From contig JAHRHZ010000250.1 of NCBI GenBank assembly GCA_024137785.1, forward strand, positions 726,515 to 790,514: 64,000 bases of DNA. The letters are read 5' to 3'. Positions 36,951 through 49,356 of this stretch are shown here, in pieces. The notes below the pieces were generated by a model. It was not told where the DNA came from, searched no databases, and saw only the letters and a list, made by a program, of their open reading frames with translations. Origin of the DNA: Ginglymostoma cirratum. Taxonomy: Eukaryota. Numbering within the stretch: position 1 is the first letter of the stretch; each line of letters begins with the position of its first letter. The translations under genes and the position numbers were made by a program.

Positions 36951-37161
36951 AAGATGTGGAGCTGAATGAACACAGCAGGCCAAGCAGCAACATAGGAGCA
37001 GGAAAGCTTGACGTTTCAGGCCTAGACCACTTCTGATGAAGGATTTACGCCCGAAACGTCAAGCTTTCCTGTTCCTATGATGCTGCTTGGCCTGCTGTGT
37101 TCATCCAGATCCACACCTTGTTATCTCGGATTCTCCAGCATCTGCAGTACCTGTTATCACC
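36951..37161 (+). mobile_element. Fold-back Penelope-type insertion (family A)
   Basis: Arm 36951-37030 is the reverse complement of about 37045-37120. Hammerhead core CTGATGA..GAAACGTC at 37033-37060. TSD core TCCATTAAT (36942-36950 and 37166-37174). Confidence 0.8.
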
Positions 37162-37448
37162 AACTTCCATTAATGTTTTTCTCTCTTGTCCTCTCACTTC
37201 TTTGATTTCATCCACCTGCACAAATTTCATCCCTTTCACCTTTTATATAATTCAAAACATTCGTTGATTCCTTTTAATAAATCCAAAGAGATAATGACAC
37301 TACTCGTAGTCGTTTCCTGAAACAATGTAATCTATATTCTCTGATGCTTTACTTGCAGAACAAGTTCAGTGGGTACCATTTAAGCAATAATTAGCAATCT
37401 CGAGCACTATTGACATGTTTCCTTCAATGACCAGGCAACAACCTAACC

Positions 37449-37668
37449 TTAGAGATAATAGGTACTACAGATGCTGGAGAATCCGAGATAACAAGGTGTG
37501 GAGCTGGATGAACACAGCAGGCCAAGCAGCATCATAGGAACAGGAAAGCTTCACGTTTCGGGCATAGACCCTTCATCAGAAATGGTCTTGGACCGAAACG
37601 TCAAGCGTTCCTGCTCCTATGATGATGCTTAGCCTGCTGTGTACATCCAGCTCCACACCTTGTTATCT
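37449..37668 (-). mobile_element. Fold-back Penelope-type insertion (family A)
   Basis: Perfect 12-bp TSD AACAACCTAACC (37437-37448 and 37669-37680); inverted arms; minus-strand CTGATGAAGGGTCTATGCCCGAAACGTG at 37552-37579. Confidence 0.82.
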
Positions 37669-37724
37669 AACAACCTAACCATACTGTGCCAACACCTCTG
37701 TGAAGTCATGAAATCCTTTTAAGA

Positions 37725-37900
37725 GGCTGAAAGAACACAGAAAGCCAGACGGCATCTGGAGGGAAAATAAAAGTCAATGTTACGGCTATTACCCTTCTTC
37801 AGGACTGCTCGTTTCCTCCACATGCTGCCTGGATTGCTGTGTTCTTTCAGCCTCCTGTTTGTCTATCTTGGATTGCAACATCCGCAGTACTTTAGTCTCC
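37725..37900. mobile_element. Fold-back Penelope-type insertion (another subfamily)
   Basis: GGCTGAAAGAACACAG ... CTGTGTTCTTTCAGCC inverted arms. TSD AATCCTTT(T/C)AAGA (37712-37724 and 37901-37913). Confidence 0.7.
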
Positions 37901-39176
37901 AATCCTTTCAAGACATCTCTTTCAGAGAATTTCAGTATTTCACACGATCAAAATGTTAGCAGTAGACCACAAGTGAACTAAATCAAATTGATTCCTCCAT
38001 TTTAGATAATCATCACAAAAACAGGAAAAAACACAGTAGCAGCCTTAGATTATATCGTTCTTTGTGCCTTCTTCCACGCGGAACATCGACATGGCTCATA
38101 TTTTCTCACGAATGGACTTTTCATCCCATTCTCCATGCTTGCTAATTCTACAAGAGACCAAAGAATTTCTATCGCCCTTCCTTGAGCTAAATGGATGGTA
38201 AAACTTCGCTGAGACCCTCTCTGGCAACGGATCTCTGTCATACATGCACATAATCATTATGAATGCCTGTTTGAGGTTGTATAAAATTAGGTAAATCCGC
38301 CCTGACGCAACACACTGGTTGTTGAAATTTTCATGCATTCGTTTAGAACATCTAGAACATTGTGGACACAATGGGCAAAATGGCCTGCTTCCACCCTGTA
38401 AGGATTCTAGGATTCTATAATTAAATCCTTGTCAAAGGCATGGTGTTTACAAATGTCCAAGCATTGCGTAAATTTTATGACGAGGATGTAGAAGCCTTTT
38501 TTTTTTCTTTCAGAAAGCAGCTAAACGAATGAAGTGGCTGGTGACCATGTGAGTTTTGTTGATTCAAGCAAAGTTAGTAAGCGTAGTTAGTGACATATTT
38601 GCATCACTATCAGAGGAGGTATCTGAGGGTTATGAGGAGGTGATGAAAGCCATTTTAAGTGCGTATGAGCTAGTGCCTGAAGCTGATAGACAACATTTCA
38701 GGAATGCAAGGAGGGTTGCTGGTCATATGCACATTAAGTTTGAAAGTGTCAAACATAATTTTGACAGGTGGATAAGGGCATTAAAAATAGAACAAATATA
38801 TGACGCTCTTAGAGAAATGATTATTTTGGAGGAGTCCAAAAATTCACTTCCTGAACTAGTGAAAAATCACACGGAAGACCATGGAGTTAAAACAGCAAGA
38901 TTAGCAGTTTTAAAGGCTGATGATTATGAGTTTATTCATAAGTCAAAGTTTGTCTTTTAGCATCAATATCAATCTGTGAGGGATAATAATTGAGGTAAAG
39001 AGAAATCCTCAGGTACCAAGGGAAAGGCAGATCTCATTGAAGATAACAAAGACCGTTTACCGCAGAGTAAGAAGAAAATCAATGAAGGGGAGAGAGAAGT
39101 AGAAAAGTTGAGATAACAAGGTGTGGGGCTGGATGAACACAGCAGGCCAAGCAGCATCACAGGAGCAGAAAAGCTT

Positions 39177-39204
39177 GACGTTTCGGGCCTAGACACTTCA
39201 TCAG
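39177..39204 (-). ncRNA. Minimal hammerhead motif on the inverted arm (predicted)
   Basis: Reverse complement reads CTGATGAAGTGTCTAGGCCCGAAACGTC (one stem II mismatch). Confidence 0.55.
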
Positions 39205-39784
39205 AAATGGGGGAGGGGAAGGGGGTTCTAAAATAAATAGGGAGATGGGGGAGGCGGACAGAAGATGGATAGAGGAGAGGACTGGTAGAGAGGAGACAGA
39301 CAAGTCAAAGAGGCGGGGATGGATCCAGTAAAGGTGAGTGTAGGTGGGAAGGTAGGGAGGAGATAGGTCACTCCAGGGAGGAAGGACAGGCCAAGGGGGC
39401 AGGATGGGTTAGTAGATAGATGGGGGTGCGGCTTGAGGTGGGAGGAGGGGATAGGTGAGAGGAAGAACAGGTTAGGGAGGCTGGGACGAGCTGGGCTGGT
39501 TTTGGGATGCGGTTGGGGGAGGGGAGATTTTGAAGCTTGTGAAATCCACATTGATACCATTGGGCTGCAGGGTTCCCAGGCTAAATATTAGTTGCTGTTC
39601 CTGCAGACTTCGGGTGGAACCAGATCATCCCTACCCTACCTCCCCACCTACACTCACCTTTACTGGCTCTATCCCTGCCTCTTTGACTTGTCTGTCCCCT
39701 CTCCACCTATCCTCTCTTCTATCCATCTTCTATCCGCCTCCCCCTCTCTCCCTATTTATTCCCGAACCCTCTTCCCCTCCCCCA

Positions 39785-39818
39785 TTTCTGATGAAGGGTC
39801 TAGGCCCGAAACGTCAAG
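39785..39818 (+). ncRNA. Minimal type I hammerhead ribozyme motif (predicted)
   Basis: UUU-CUGAUGA-A-GGGU(CUAG)GCCC-GAAA-C-GUC-AAG. It has core boxes, stem II, a self-complementary ACGU stem III and a GUC cleavage triplet ending at 39815. Stem I is only about 3 bp and there is an extra A after the core. Activity is not demonstrated. Confidence 0.65.
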
Positions 39819-41762
39819 CTTTCCTGCTCATATGATGCTGCTTGGCCTGCTGTGTTCATCCAGCCCCACACCTTGTTATCTCGGATTCTCCAGCATCTGC
39901 AGTTCCTATTATCTCTAGTAGAAAAGCTGAGGTGTTTTCGCTGCAATAAAGTAGGCCACATGAAGTCATAGTGTTGTGCTTTGGAAAAAGCACTGAGAAA
40001 ACAGATGTAGGAAAACAGATAAGCCAGTGAATTTTATTAAGGTGGTAAAGGAGATCGCAGTGGAGCCTACCAAAAGCTGCACTGGAATGTCCAAACTGGT
40101 TGGAGGTTAGTTGAGAAGTGCCAGATCTTCTTCAACTATTTAAGGTAAGGCTTAATTGCATAGACCAGGAGAAGAGGGTAAAGAAGTTACAGTTTTAAGA
40201 CCCACAGGATCATCTCAATCATTGACGTCGAGAAATGAAGAGATATGTAATTCAACAAGGCTATTGCCAGAAAAAGTTTAATATGCGGAATTCATAGTGA
40301 GACGAGAAGTGGTCCATTATGTAAAGTGAGGTTGGAGTGTCCGGTGAAAAGTGGAGAAGTGATGGTACGAGTATTGGAGAATCTCTTGGCTGCAGGAATA
40401 CGAATTGTCCTTGGTAGTGATATAGCTGGATCACAGGTAGGATTGCTGCCTACTGTGGCTAAAAAGCCAATGGAAAATCAGGCAACTGAGGTATTACAGG
40501 AAGTATATCCCGGGATTCTTCCTGACTGTGTGATAACAAGGTCACAAAACCATAGGTTGAAGCAGGAGGAGAAATCAAAGAATAAAGATAACGAGGTTGA
40601 AGTAGGATTATCAGAGACCATGTTTGATAGAATGTAGTTGAGACAAAATAAGAACAATAATAATAAGGTGGAGGAAAAAGTTCAGAGAAATTAACTGAGC
40701 TACAACATAAAGATGAAAAACTGAAGCAATTGTCTAGGAAAGCGTACACGGGAGAAGAATCTGATTATCTTTCCGAATACTACTGTCTTAGTGATGATGC
40801 CTTGATGAGGAAATGGAGACCATCATATATTCTGACGGATAAGAAATGAGCAAATGTACATCAAGTTGTATTTCCAGTGGATTATAGAAAGGAAGTGTTG
40901 CAGACAGCACACGTATTACCTATAGGAGGTAATTTAGGGTTAATGAAAACTCAAGACAAAATACCAAAACAATTTTACTGGCATTGACTGCTTAAGGATG
41001 TAGTTGAGCTTTGACAGACATGATGTATGTGTCAAGTAATTGAAAAAACCTCAGGCAGTGATAAAGCCAATACTTTTCATACCCATTCCTGGATTTGAGG
41101 AACCTTTTTACAAGGGTCTGAATTGGTTACAAAGGACCCGTGCTCAAACAAAAAGTGGGAATCATAGTTAACAACAATGCATGTATCCACTGGACATACA
41201 GAGGATATTTCACTATGCAATAGCACAGCTAAAAGGACTGCAGAAAAGTTACTCAAATTTTTCATTGGATATGGATTACCCACAGAGATACAATCAGAAC
41301 AAGGGTTAAATTTTGCCTCAGAATTATTCCGAAAAGTTATGGTTAGTTTAGGAATAAAACAATTCAAATATATTATGTACTATCCAAAATCACAGGGAGC
41401 ATGACAATGTTGGCATTAAACTTTAAAGACCGTGATGAGGACTTATTTTCAAGACTATCCAAACGATTGGAATAAAGAAATTCGATTTGTATTTTTTGCA
41501 ATTAGGGCTGCAACAAATGAAACCACCAAATTAAGTCAATTCGAATTAGTTTTAGGGCATGAGTTAAGAGGATCACTGAAATCAATTAAGGAGAAATTGC
41601 TGAGTCAGAGATCACATATTTGGACTATGTGTCAAATTTTAAGTAGGGTTTAAATAGAGTGGGTGAGTTGGCTAGACAACATTTAAAAATAACACAGCAT
41701 ATGATGAAACAGAAAACAGATGAGAAATCAAAAATTCAAAGTTTTGTTCATGGAGATAGAAT

Positions 41763-41992
41763 GTTTTTTTATTCATTCACGGGATGAGGGCATCGCTGGC
41801 TAGGCAGGACTTACTGCCCAAAATTAGTCGCCTGGGGACAGTCAAGAGTCAACCATATTGCTGTGGGTCCAGAGTCAAAAGTAGGCTAGATGAGGTAAGG
41901 ACAGCAGTTTCCTTCCCTAAAGGACATTAGCAAAACAGATAGGTTTTTCCGACAATCAACAATGGATTCATGGTCATCATTGGATTCTTAAT
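41763..41992 (-). mobile_element. Deu-type SINE inserted in the Gypsy element between INT and RT
   Basis: TTTATTCATTCACGGGATGAGGGCATCGCTGGCTAGGCAG is the reverse complement of the 3' end of the SINE at 35379-35704. Confidence 0.75.
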
Positions 41993-43441
41993 TAATGGAC
42001 CTTATCAAATCTAAAGGAGATTGAATGATGTGAATTATTAAATAAGGACTCCAAGTAGAACGAAATCTCACAATGTGTGTCATGTGAATCTGCTGAAAAG
42101 TTATTTTGATAGGACAGAAAGCAAAAGAAGAATGTGTTTCTGGTTACACCACAGAGTGAAGAACAATGTTCATAGGATTCTGAATTGGACATTCCTCAGA
42201 TTAGATTGGACAATGTGGAAGCTCTTAAAAATTGGGATAAATTATTGATTTACTTTCTAGAGGAGAATCAAGATGACCTGAAAGAGTTATCATAATTGCA
42301 TGGCAAGACATGTGGGAATAAACTGTGAAGTACTAATCTAATTACCTTGATGTAGAATAGGAAATGCTGTTCCAATTAAACAACACCACTATAGATTTAA
42401 ACCTCCAAAAGTGGCGAAGGTTCAAAAAGAAATTGAACCTATGTTCAAAGACGAAGTGATTTGCAGCGAGTGGAGCTCACCCATAGCAATGCCATCAAAA
42501 CGAGATTGTACCCAACGATTATGTGTGCTCTACCACCGATTCAATGCAATTACAAAGTCTGATTCATATCTTATTCCACGTTTGGAAGACTGTATTTAGA
42601 AGATGAGACAAGCAACGTATATTTCTAAATCAGGTTTACACAGAGGGTACTAGCAGGTGGCTTCATCTGAAAGAGTGAAAACAGTTTTGGCTTTATTAAC
42701 ACGGAGTGGACTGTATCAGTTTAAAGTCATGCCATTTTGTGTGAGACATATGCCAGGCAGGTTTCAAAGACTAACCAATGAAGTCGTTTCTGGATTTCTA
42801 ATTGGGTGGTGTACATCGACAACTGATGATTTTTAGTCACACATGAAAGCAACAATTGCAGCATTTATCAGTATTATTCAATTGACTTTTGGAGACAGGC
42901 ACAATGATAAACCTGATTAAGCGAGAATTTACAAAAGCCCAAGTCGTATTCCTGTGCCATGTTAGCAGACATGAACAGATGGCTCCACGGAATTTAAAAA
43001 CAAAGGTTATTGAGGAGTTTCCCATATCATCGACGAAGAGAGCAGTACTATAATTCTTGGGATTGTGTGGGTTTTATCAGAAGTTTGTACCAAATGTTAA
43101 GAGTGTGGCTGTTCCGCTGACTGACTTATTGAAGAAGTGCAGAAAATTTCAATGGATGGCAGAATGTCAGAAAGCATTTGACAACCAAAAAACTGTGTTA
43201 ACTACTGCTCCAGCATTAGTCACACCTAATTATGCAAAGCCATTCAAAATGTCTTTTGATGTGAGTAATATGAATGTTGGTGCTGTACTCTCTTAAGAAG
43301 ATAATGATAATCCAGAAAGACCTATCGGGTATTTTTCCAGAAAGTTCAATGCACATCAACAGAAAGATTCCAAGATTGAGAAGGAAACCTTGAGCTTGGC
43401 GTTGGTATTACAGCATTTCAACATTTATATTATGAGGAATG

Positions 43442-43562
43442 GTCGCTGGACCTGAAATAATAACTTTGATTTCTCTTTGCAGATACTGCGAGACATGCTG
43501 AGCTTTTCCAGTAACTTCTGTTTTTGTTTCTGGCCTACAGCATCCTCAGTTCTCTTGGTTTA
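43442..43562 (+). mobile_element. Penelope-type family B fragment in the Gypsy RNase H region
   Basis: CTGGACCTGAAA...GCTGAGCTTTTCCAGTAACTTCTGTTTTTGTTTC...CAGCATCC, matching 15890-15995. Confidence 0.6.
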
Positions 43563-43905
43563 TGTGTTGTCAGTAACGTGTCTGAGACAATTATAGATAC
43601 TAATCAGAACTCATAAAAGTTTTTTTAGATGAAGCGTATTATTACAGCGATTCAATTTGAAAATTTTACATGTGGCAGGACTTAGAAAACACGATTGCTG
43701 CTGTGTTGCTGCGAATTGGATGATTAAAAGTGGAGGCTGTCAATGGGAGTAGTAAACAGAACGAAATAGAATGTAGTAATGAATGCTTGTATGCTTGGTG
43801 CAAATGCAATGCATCCGTATTATAGTTTACTATTAAAGTAAGACTAAGGGTTTTAAAATGAAGTCATCTTTGTACATCGATGATTCTTTTTTAAAAGGGG
43901 ATGGG

Positions 43906-44553
43906 TGTGATGGTATTACTTTAAAAAAGTTACATTGTTCTGGGTTTTCTTGAAAAGAGGTCGTAAAGGCAGGTGTATCGAAGTGACTAGAAAGCAAACC
44001 TACATCAACAGTTTAAGAGGCTGTTAGGTCTTTTTCTTAAAAAGGAAACCGTTTAACAATGGAAGAGGAGTGGCCAGTTCTCCCAGATCAGGTTTTCTAT
44101 TTTTTTTAAGCTGTAGCAGTGACAAGATAGTTGGGTCCCAGAAGAGATGCAAACTTCAGTAAAAGATTCCTAACTGTGACTTTCTCTGAAATGTCTCTCG
44201 CGTTCCCTCTTGGTTTGGAAATTGGCCTACAAGACTCGGTGTTTGAATTTACCTTTTTTGCCAAGGTTTGCGTTTATGGATTGTTACTATATTCGGGCAA
44301 TTAATTAGTAATAGTCATTGTATCTAGTATTTGATCACGTTTCCAATAGTTGTTATCCTAAATTCCTCTTTCATTTGTTTGTGTTTTAACTACAGTGTTT
44401 AAATAAATTGTTTTTCTTAACGCCGAGTGTTTTGACCAGTTGCATCACATTTGCAACACACACTTCATGTCTACCTTTAAACTAAGAAAAAAAAAACAGT
44501 ATCTAGGCTATCTTCTTAAAATATTTTGAGGGTGTCCGGCCTGGCCCATAACA
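43906..44553 (+). repeat. 3' LTR of the Gmr1-like element
   Basis: Starts TGTGATGG directly after the polypurine tract, contains AATAAA (about 44402) and ends CCCATAACA. The scaffold homologous to about 17440 resumes immediately afterwards. Confidence 0.75.
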
Positions 44554-46594
44554 CATGACATTGAACTGAATGTAAAGAAGATGATTGCGTGCTGTGATCA
44601 AAGAAAGTGTCAAGAATAAATCTGCAAAAAGCAGGAAGCTGCCACTGCTAGTTCATGGGAAGTTCAGGGAAGCATGATGTTTCTGGTAAAGTGTGGGAAA
44701 AAGAAGTTTACCAATGATTCCAGATGACAACATAGCGCAGTTAAAATCGGTTATTCTTCTGACCGACTGTTCATGGAGTGATTCAAAGCAAAGAGTGGCG
44801 CAATTTCAGGTACAGCAGAACTAATATAAAGATGGAAGCAAGAAATGGAGGACTCTGCAGAAGTGATAGCAAAAACATCAAAATTCTGCACAAGCCCCTT
44901 TCTCCCAGTGAAGTTAAAAAGGCAACTGTGAAAATTATATCGTGTTTACAACAAGATTACACAACCTTTTCAGTGCGAGCGTTCATTTCATTCTGGTTAA
45001 ATCTGTTATAACAGACGGTGTTGTTGGTAAACATCAAAGCGTCTAAAATGTGTCAGAAAGAAGCTAAAATATTCGGAATTAGTTAGAACCTTGCTTTTGA
45101 AATTTAATTAATGTGGTAACATCTTAGAGAAAAAGGTAGAACAAATGGCTTGTCATATGCACCTATGTTGTTTAAAGGTAGTGTTATACATTAATGCTTT
45201 TTTAAAAACAATCACAATGTTTGAGTAAAATCAAAGAAAGGACAATGCAATTTCAAATGACAAATTGATTTATCTGCAGGTGTCAAGACTTTCGTAAAAT
45301 GAAATATGTTAAGTTGCTACATGGTGTAACATCGTGACTTGGCTCAATTCTATTCTCAGATCAGCAAATCACTTATTTTTTCTGCTAACAGCAGCTTAAA
45401 AATGATCATAAACCTTCCAATTTCCACATTAATAAATGTACAGTTCTAAATTTACAGTTATGATCGGATGTTAAGTGGGATTATATCCAGAGGCAGACCG
45501 GGTGTTGTATTCTATTTTTAAACGACTTCAAAAGCTACCCAAGTACTGATAATACAGTAAGAGAGACAGGAATCTTGCAGCTGAAGACCTTTACTCCAAA
45601 TTTTGGCGAAAGGACAACTATACGTTTTGTTCTATTTGGAGACAACGTTTTGAAGAATGAAAGAACCATGAAATTTACTCCGACAACTTTTGTATTCAAA
45701 GGAAAGCATTGTTTAATATCATTATGGAATTGGGATTGAGAAAGTAATTGATAATAATTGCTGTTTCAAACAATTGACGGTAAATGCACGTGAAGCTGAA
45801 GAGACAAATAAGATTAAATCTATACTCACTGCAAAAATAATTGGAAAGAATATAGGCAGTCTTATGTCGTGTCAGAAGGAGAATTTTTTTCAGTAAGAAA
45901 TGATGTGGTACTGAGAGAATCTGTACAGCACTGCTGAGGTGAACACAAAGAAAAGCCTCAACAATGTTGGTTTGGAATAAGTTCAAAAGAAGGCAAGGCC
46001 TAGCATTATCTAGGCAGTTACTTTTCATAAAATTTTGTGCCCGTTTTAAGGTAGAACACACAGGCAGAACTTAGTTGTACTTGAAACCATACAGCTTTGT
46101 AATTGAATTCACTTTTGCAATATATTGCGAATGACATTTTTGCCCTGTATAATTCCTTAGAGTTCCTGACTCGTTTTCAATTTCACTGAATTCGATGGTC
46201 CTCTGAGAATATATTTTAAAAAAGGGGAAAATGACACGATGTGGAATGGCATTAACTTACTTTAAATACAGTTAAATAGAATATATCATGTGAAAAGAAT
46301 GCATGGAAGAAATCAACCAACGAACAACTTTGATGATATCTTGGAGATGTGTGTGGCCATATGCATGAAATGCAATAAAATGCAATAAAAATAACTGAAT
46401 TATATAATCTTGTCTCGACACAAAACACGAAGACCCAGCATGAAGTATGTGCATGCCTTCTCTTCCGTTCTGATCAGTTGATAAGGTAAACCGAAAGTCA
46501 GTAATGCATAACGTAAACGTGGCATTCTGATGCAAGAGTACAGAAGTGACTTACTAACTGAATGTGAATATGGTGGTGTTGGGCTGGGGTGGAC

Positions 46595-46714
46595 AACTTC
46601 AGAAATCACACGACACAAGCATTCTGAGCGCTAACAGAGGGGCAGAGCTCCAAAAGATTGTGGTTTCAAGGAAATCTGTTGGAGTATAACCTGGTGTCGT
46701 GTGACTTCTGAACT
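46595..46714 (+). mobile_element. Degenerate Penelope-type terminal fragment with short inverted arm
   Basis: TTCAGAAATCACACGACAC ... GTGTCGTGTGACTTCTGAA inverted ends around GAGCTCCAAAAG..CTGTTGGAGTATAACCTGG. Confidence 0.5.
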
Positions 46715-49356
46715 CGCTATCTGAAGTAAATAAAATGAAGGAATACGTGATGACAAAACACTGAAGTATATGTTTTAGACATGTGCATCTACATGGGAGA
46801 ATTGTTATCCCGCCCCAAAGAGCAGAAAAAAAGTAGATTTAAGTGATTATGGTCCTATCACATAATCCATATAGAAACTGATCTTTATATCAAAGTAGTA
46901 TTTTTGAGAGGTCATTACAATAAATATGAAATCTGATGAATGTTCGGTTGGGCAGTCAAATGCTAAGAGGAGAGGGTAAAAGTACATAATAAGAAAAATG
47001 CACAAATGAGTGCAAATGAAATGACGGCTCAGTTTTTTTTGAAATCCAAGTGTAATATGTCATTGTAAATCTATGTACCATAAAGAGTCAAGGATGATCC
47101 AAGGTCCTCAGAGGATATTGGGATAGGTTTAATGCATAAGCAGGGAAAGGTGTGGGAGTATTCCATCAATTTTATCTGGAAAATGTAAAGTGTAAAACTG
47201 CTAGACCAGTTAGAGAATGAATGCAGAAGAAACAGACTCCAACAATTGGGGAAGGGAGCAATAAATAGGCTGCTTGACATTCCGACTCATAAGCGCATGT
47301 CCAATGATGTGAGACATGAAAAAGTATCGGTTCCAGGAGACTTGGATCTGAAAGAGCAGTCACACATATGTGTGTTGTGAAACTAGAAATCCTGATGTGC
47401 TGTAATTCTCTTCATCCAAGACCTAAAATGACCCACTTGTGGCATGAATATCCAGAAATGTCACGGGCTGAGTGGTAGCACGCAGAATGCATATCGTCAG
47501 GTGCAGAATTACTGCATCACAATTAAAGTCAGGATAATTAAAGATGGATTCCATGTGATATTTATTGCATCTGGAAGCATTTCATTTGTTTCTAACCTTC
47601 TGAAGCAAGTATGAAAGGCAGGCTTTTCTTTGTCCACGCTTTCAAAGGCACAGATGAAGAGTAAACGACTCTAGTCAGCATTCTTCATTTACACTATCTC
47701 TCAGTTTGGCTATACAATCCTTCCATTAGCCTTGTACCTCAAATAAATCTCCTATATGACAAAGACTTCATGGTCACATATGACTTTTGTGGTCCAGATC
47801 AAGAAAATAAAATGCTTCGAAACCACACTTGGCGTGAATTTCTGCACAATGTCAGCCAGATTCTTGGTTGAGAATGTTGGCTTACTAAGTACTGGTCTAG
47901 CGGTAGATATCAACTGGTACGATACCATTGGTATGTTATCTACGATGTATTAGGAAACCAAACTTACACTTTTAAACTCGATATATTAGTTAATAGTTAT
48001 TTGTGACTTTCAAAAAGCATGTTTACTTTGCAAAGAGGGAAGTGTTGGAAATTAATGTGCGTTTAAAACTGAGTTTTTCCATTATTTATCATGTGGCATG
48101 AGAATTCACTTTATTCGCTGTTACAGAGGAAAATAACTTTAAATATTGCTAGTACAGGAAGTTAAAGGATAAGGCACAAGAATGACAAGAGATATTGAGG
48201 GCAGGATGACCTCGTTAACTAGTGCCAATGCCCGATTTGCCACTTTCAGTCTGCTGTTAGCAATGTATTATTTTGGAAAAAATAATAAGTTGCTGCTCAT
48301 AAAAAAAAGGAAAAACTAGTCATCAGTGTGTGCAAGCAAGCGGCAGTGGTCAAGCTAGCATCACGAGAAGCAGTCGGTGTCATTGACTTAAAGTTTTAAG
48401 ATTGGTGAGTGGTGCAGTTTAGATTTCCAGCTCGTAAAATGAAATATATTAAGAAGTGCAGCATGAAAGTGACTGAGAGATTGGGAAAGGTTACAGCGAA
48501 AGGAAACATCACCTTCTTTAGAACAGGTCAAAGGTTTCGGAGAAGAATAAGGAACGTCCCATCACAGATTCATCAAAGACTGCGGAATACCAAGGATGAA
48601 CAGCAAAGCACTCTAAACCATATTGGTTTTATGGTATCTCATCTCCAATCTACAGAACAGTTTCCTAGTATTTAAAATATTCTGGTCTATCAGGGGTTGT
48701 ATATTTCATTGCATTCCCGAAATTATGCGTCATAAACTCCTACCTCAGGATTAAGACAATAAGCAATCCGAAAATTGCATACAAATGGCAGAATGGATTC
48801 ATAAGATATCTTCCCCACCAAATGCTATATGGGCATCACCACCGCAAATTTCATAATTTGGCGTTACAATAAAATTTAGCAAAGTGAGCATACTCCCTAT
48901 TAATATCATGCCTTTTTCTTATCAAATTTCTCCTCAAAAATGTGATTTTACCTACAGATAAACAGGTCAACGAATTCATAACAGAGCAATTAAAATGTTC
49001 CCTTTATAGTAATGTCGGGCCGCCAAATAATTGAAATCAGCAGAAACATATATTGAGAACCGATACACCCTCATCAAGGAATCATTTTTCAACACTTCTC
49101 AGATTGTTGCTTCTGAAAGTGCTTAAATAATAAGATTGACGGCCTTTGAATCATTATGTCTAGATTAAAATTATTTTATTTCTAAGTTAAGCTATTATTA
49201 CTTGTTAATGGTTAATGGCAAAAAATGATATTCATTAAAAAATGCTATTGGGAATATTAACTACTGCAAGAGGGGATTTTAGTTGCGCACTATTAAACAT
49301 AAGGTTCACTGGTATTCTCACTCCTTGAGAGCAGTTTTGCTTTAAGAAATGCTTGG

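Larger units (their letters stand above)
39113..39916. mobile_element. Penelope-type insertion with long inverted arms (family A) inside the Gypsy gag
   Basis: 15-bp TSD AGTAGAAAAG(T/C)TGAG (39098-39112 and 39917-39931). 39113-39375 is the reverse complement of about 39620-39880. A hammerhead motif is present on each strand. Confidence 0.85.
38425..44553 (+). mobile_element. Gmr1-like Ty3/Gypsy LTR retrotransposon, decayed, 5' LTR not visible
   Basis: In order: SCAN-like gag (ORF 38556-38960, AYELVPEADRQHFR...LREMIILEE); zinc knuckle CFRCNKVGHMKS*C (39933-39974); protease (about 40190); integrase core LPTEIQSEQGLNF..YYPKSQG (41177-41404); RT EWSSP..RLC..YID (42411-42830); RNase H (43250-43430); PPT AAAAGGGGATGGG; 3' LTR. 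Confidence 0.88.
26033..49338 (+). repeat. Tandem duplication unit 2
   Basis: Shares 3' flank, old LINE debris and upstream blocks with units 1 and 3 in the same order. Confidence 0.9.

Noticed and set aside
36951-37900. Inverted repeats read as MITEs/DNA transposons or pre-miRNAs
   Set aside because: The arms are unequal, TSD lengths vary (9-15 bp), and the arms match hammerhead-bearing Penelope-type ends that also occur as single copies.
38556-38960. Host SCAN-domain or ZSCAN gene
   Set aside because: It is embedded in a decayed Gypsy gag with flanking stops and has no C2H2 array.
39228-39918. Pro/Ser-rich ORFs on both strands
   Set aside because: They are low-complexity translations of the purine/pyrimidine-rich Penelope-type arms.
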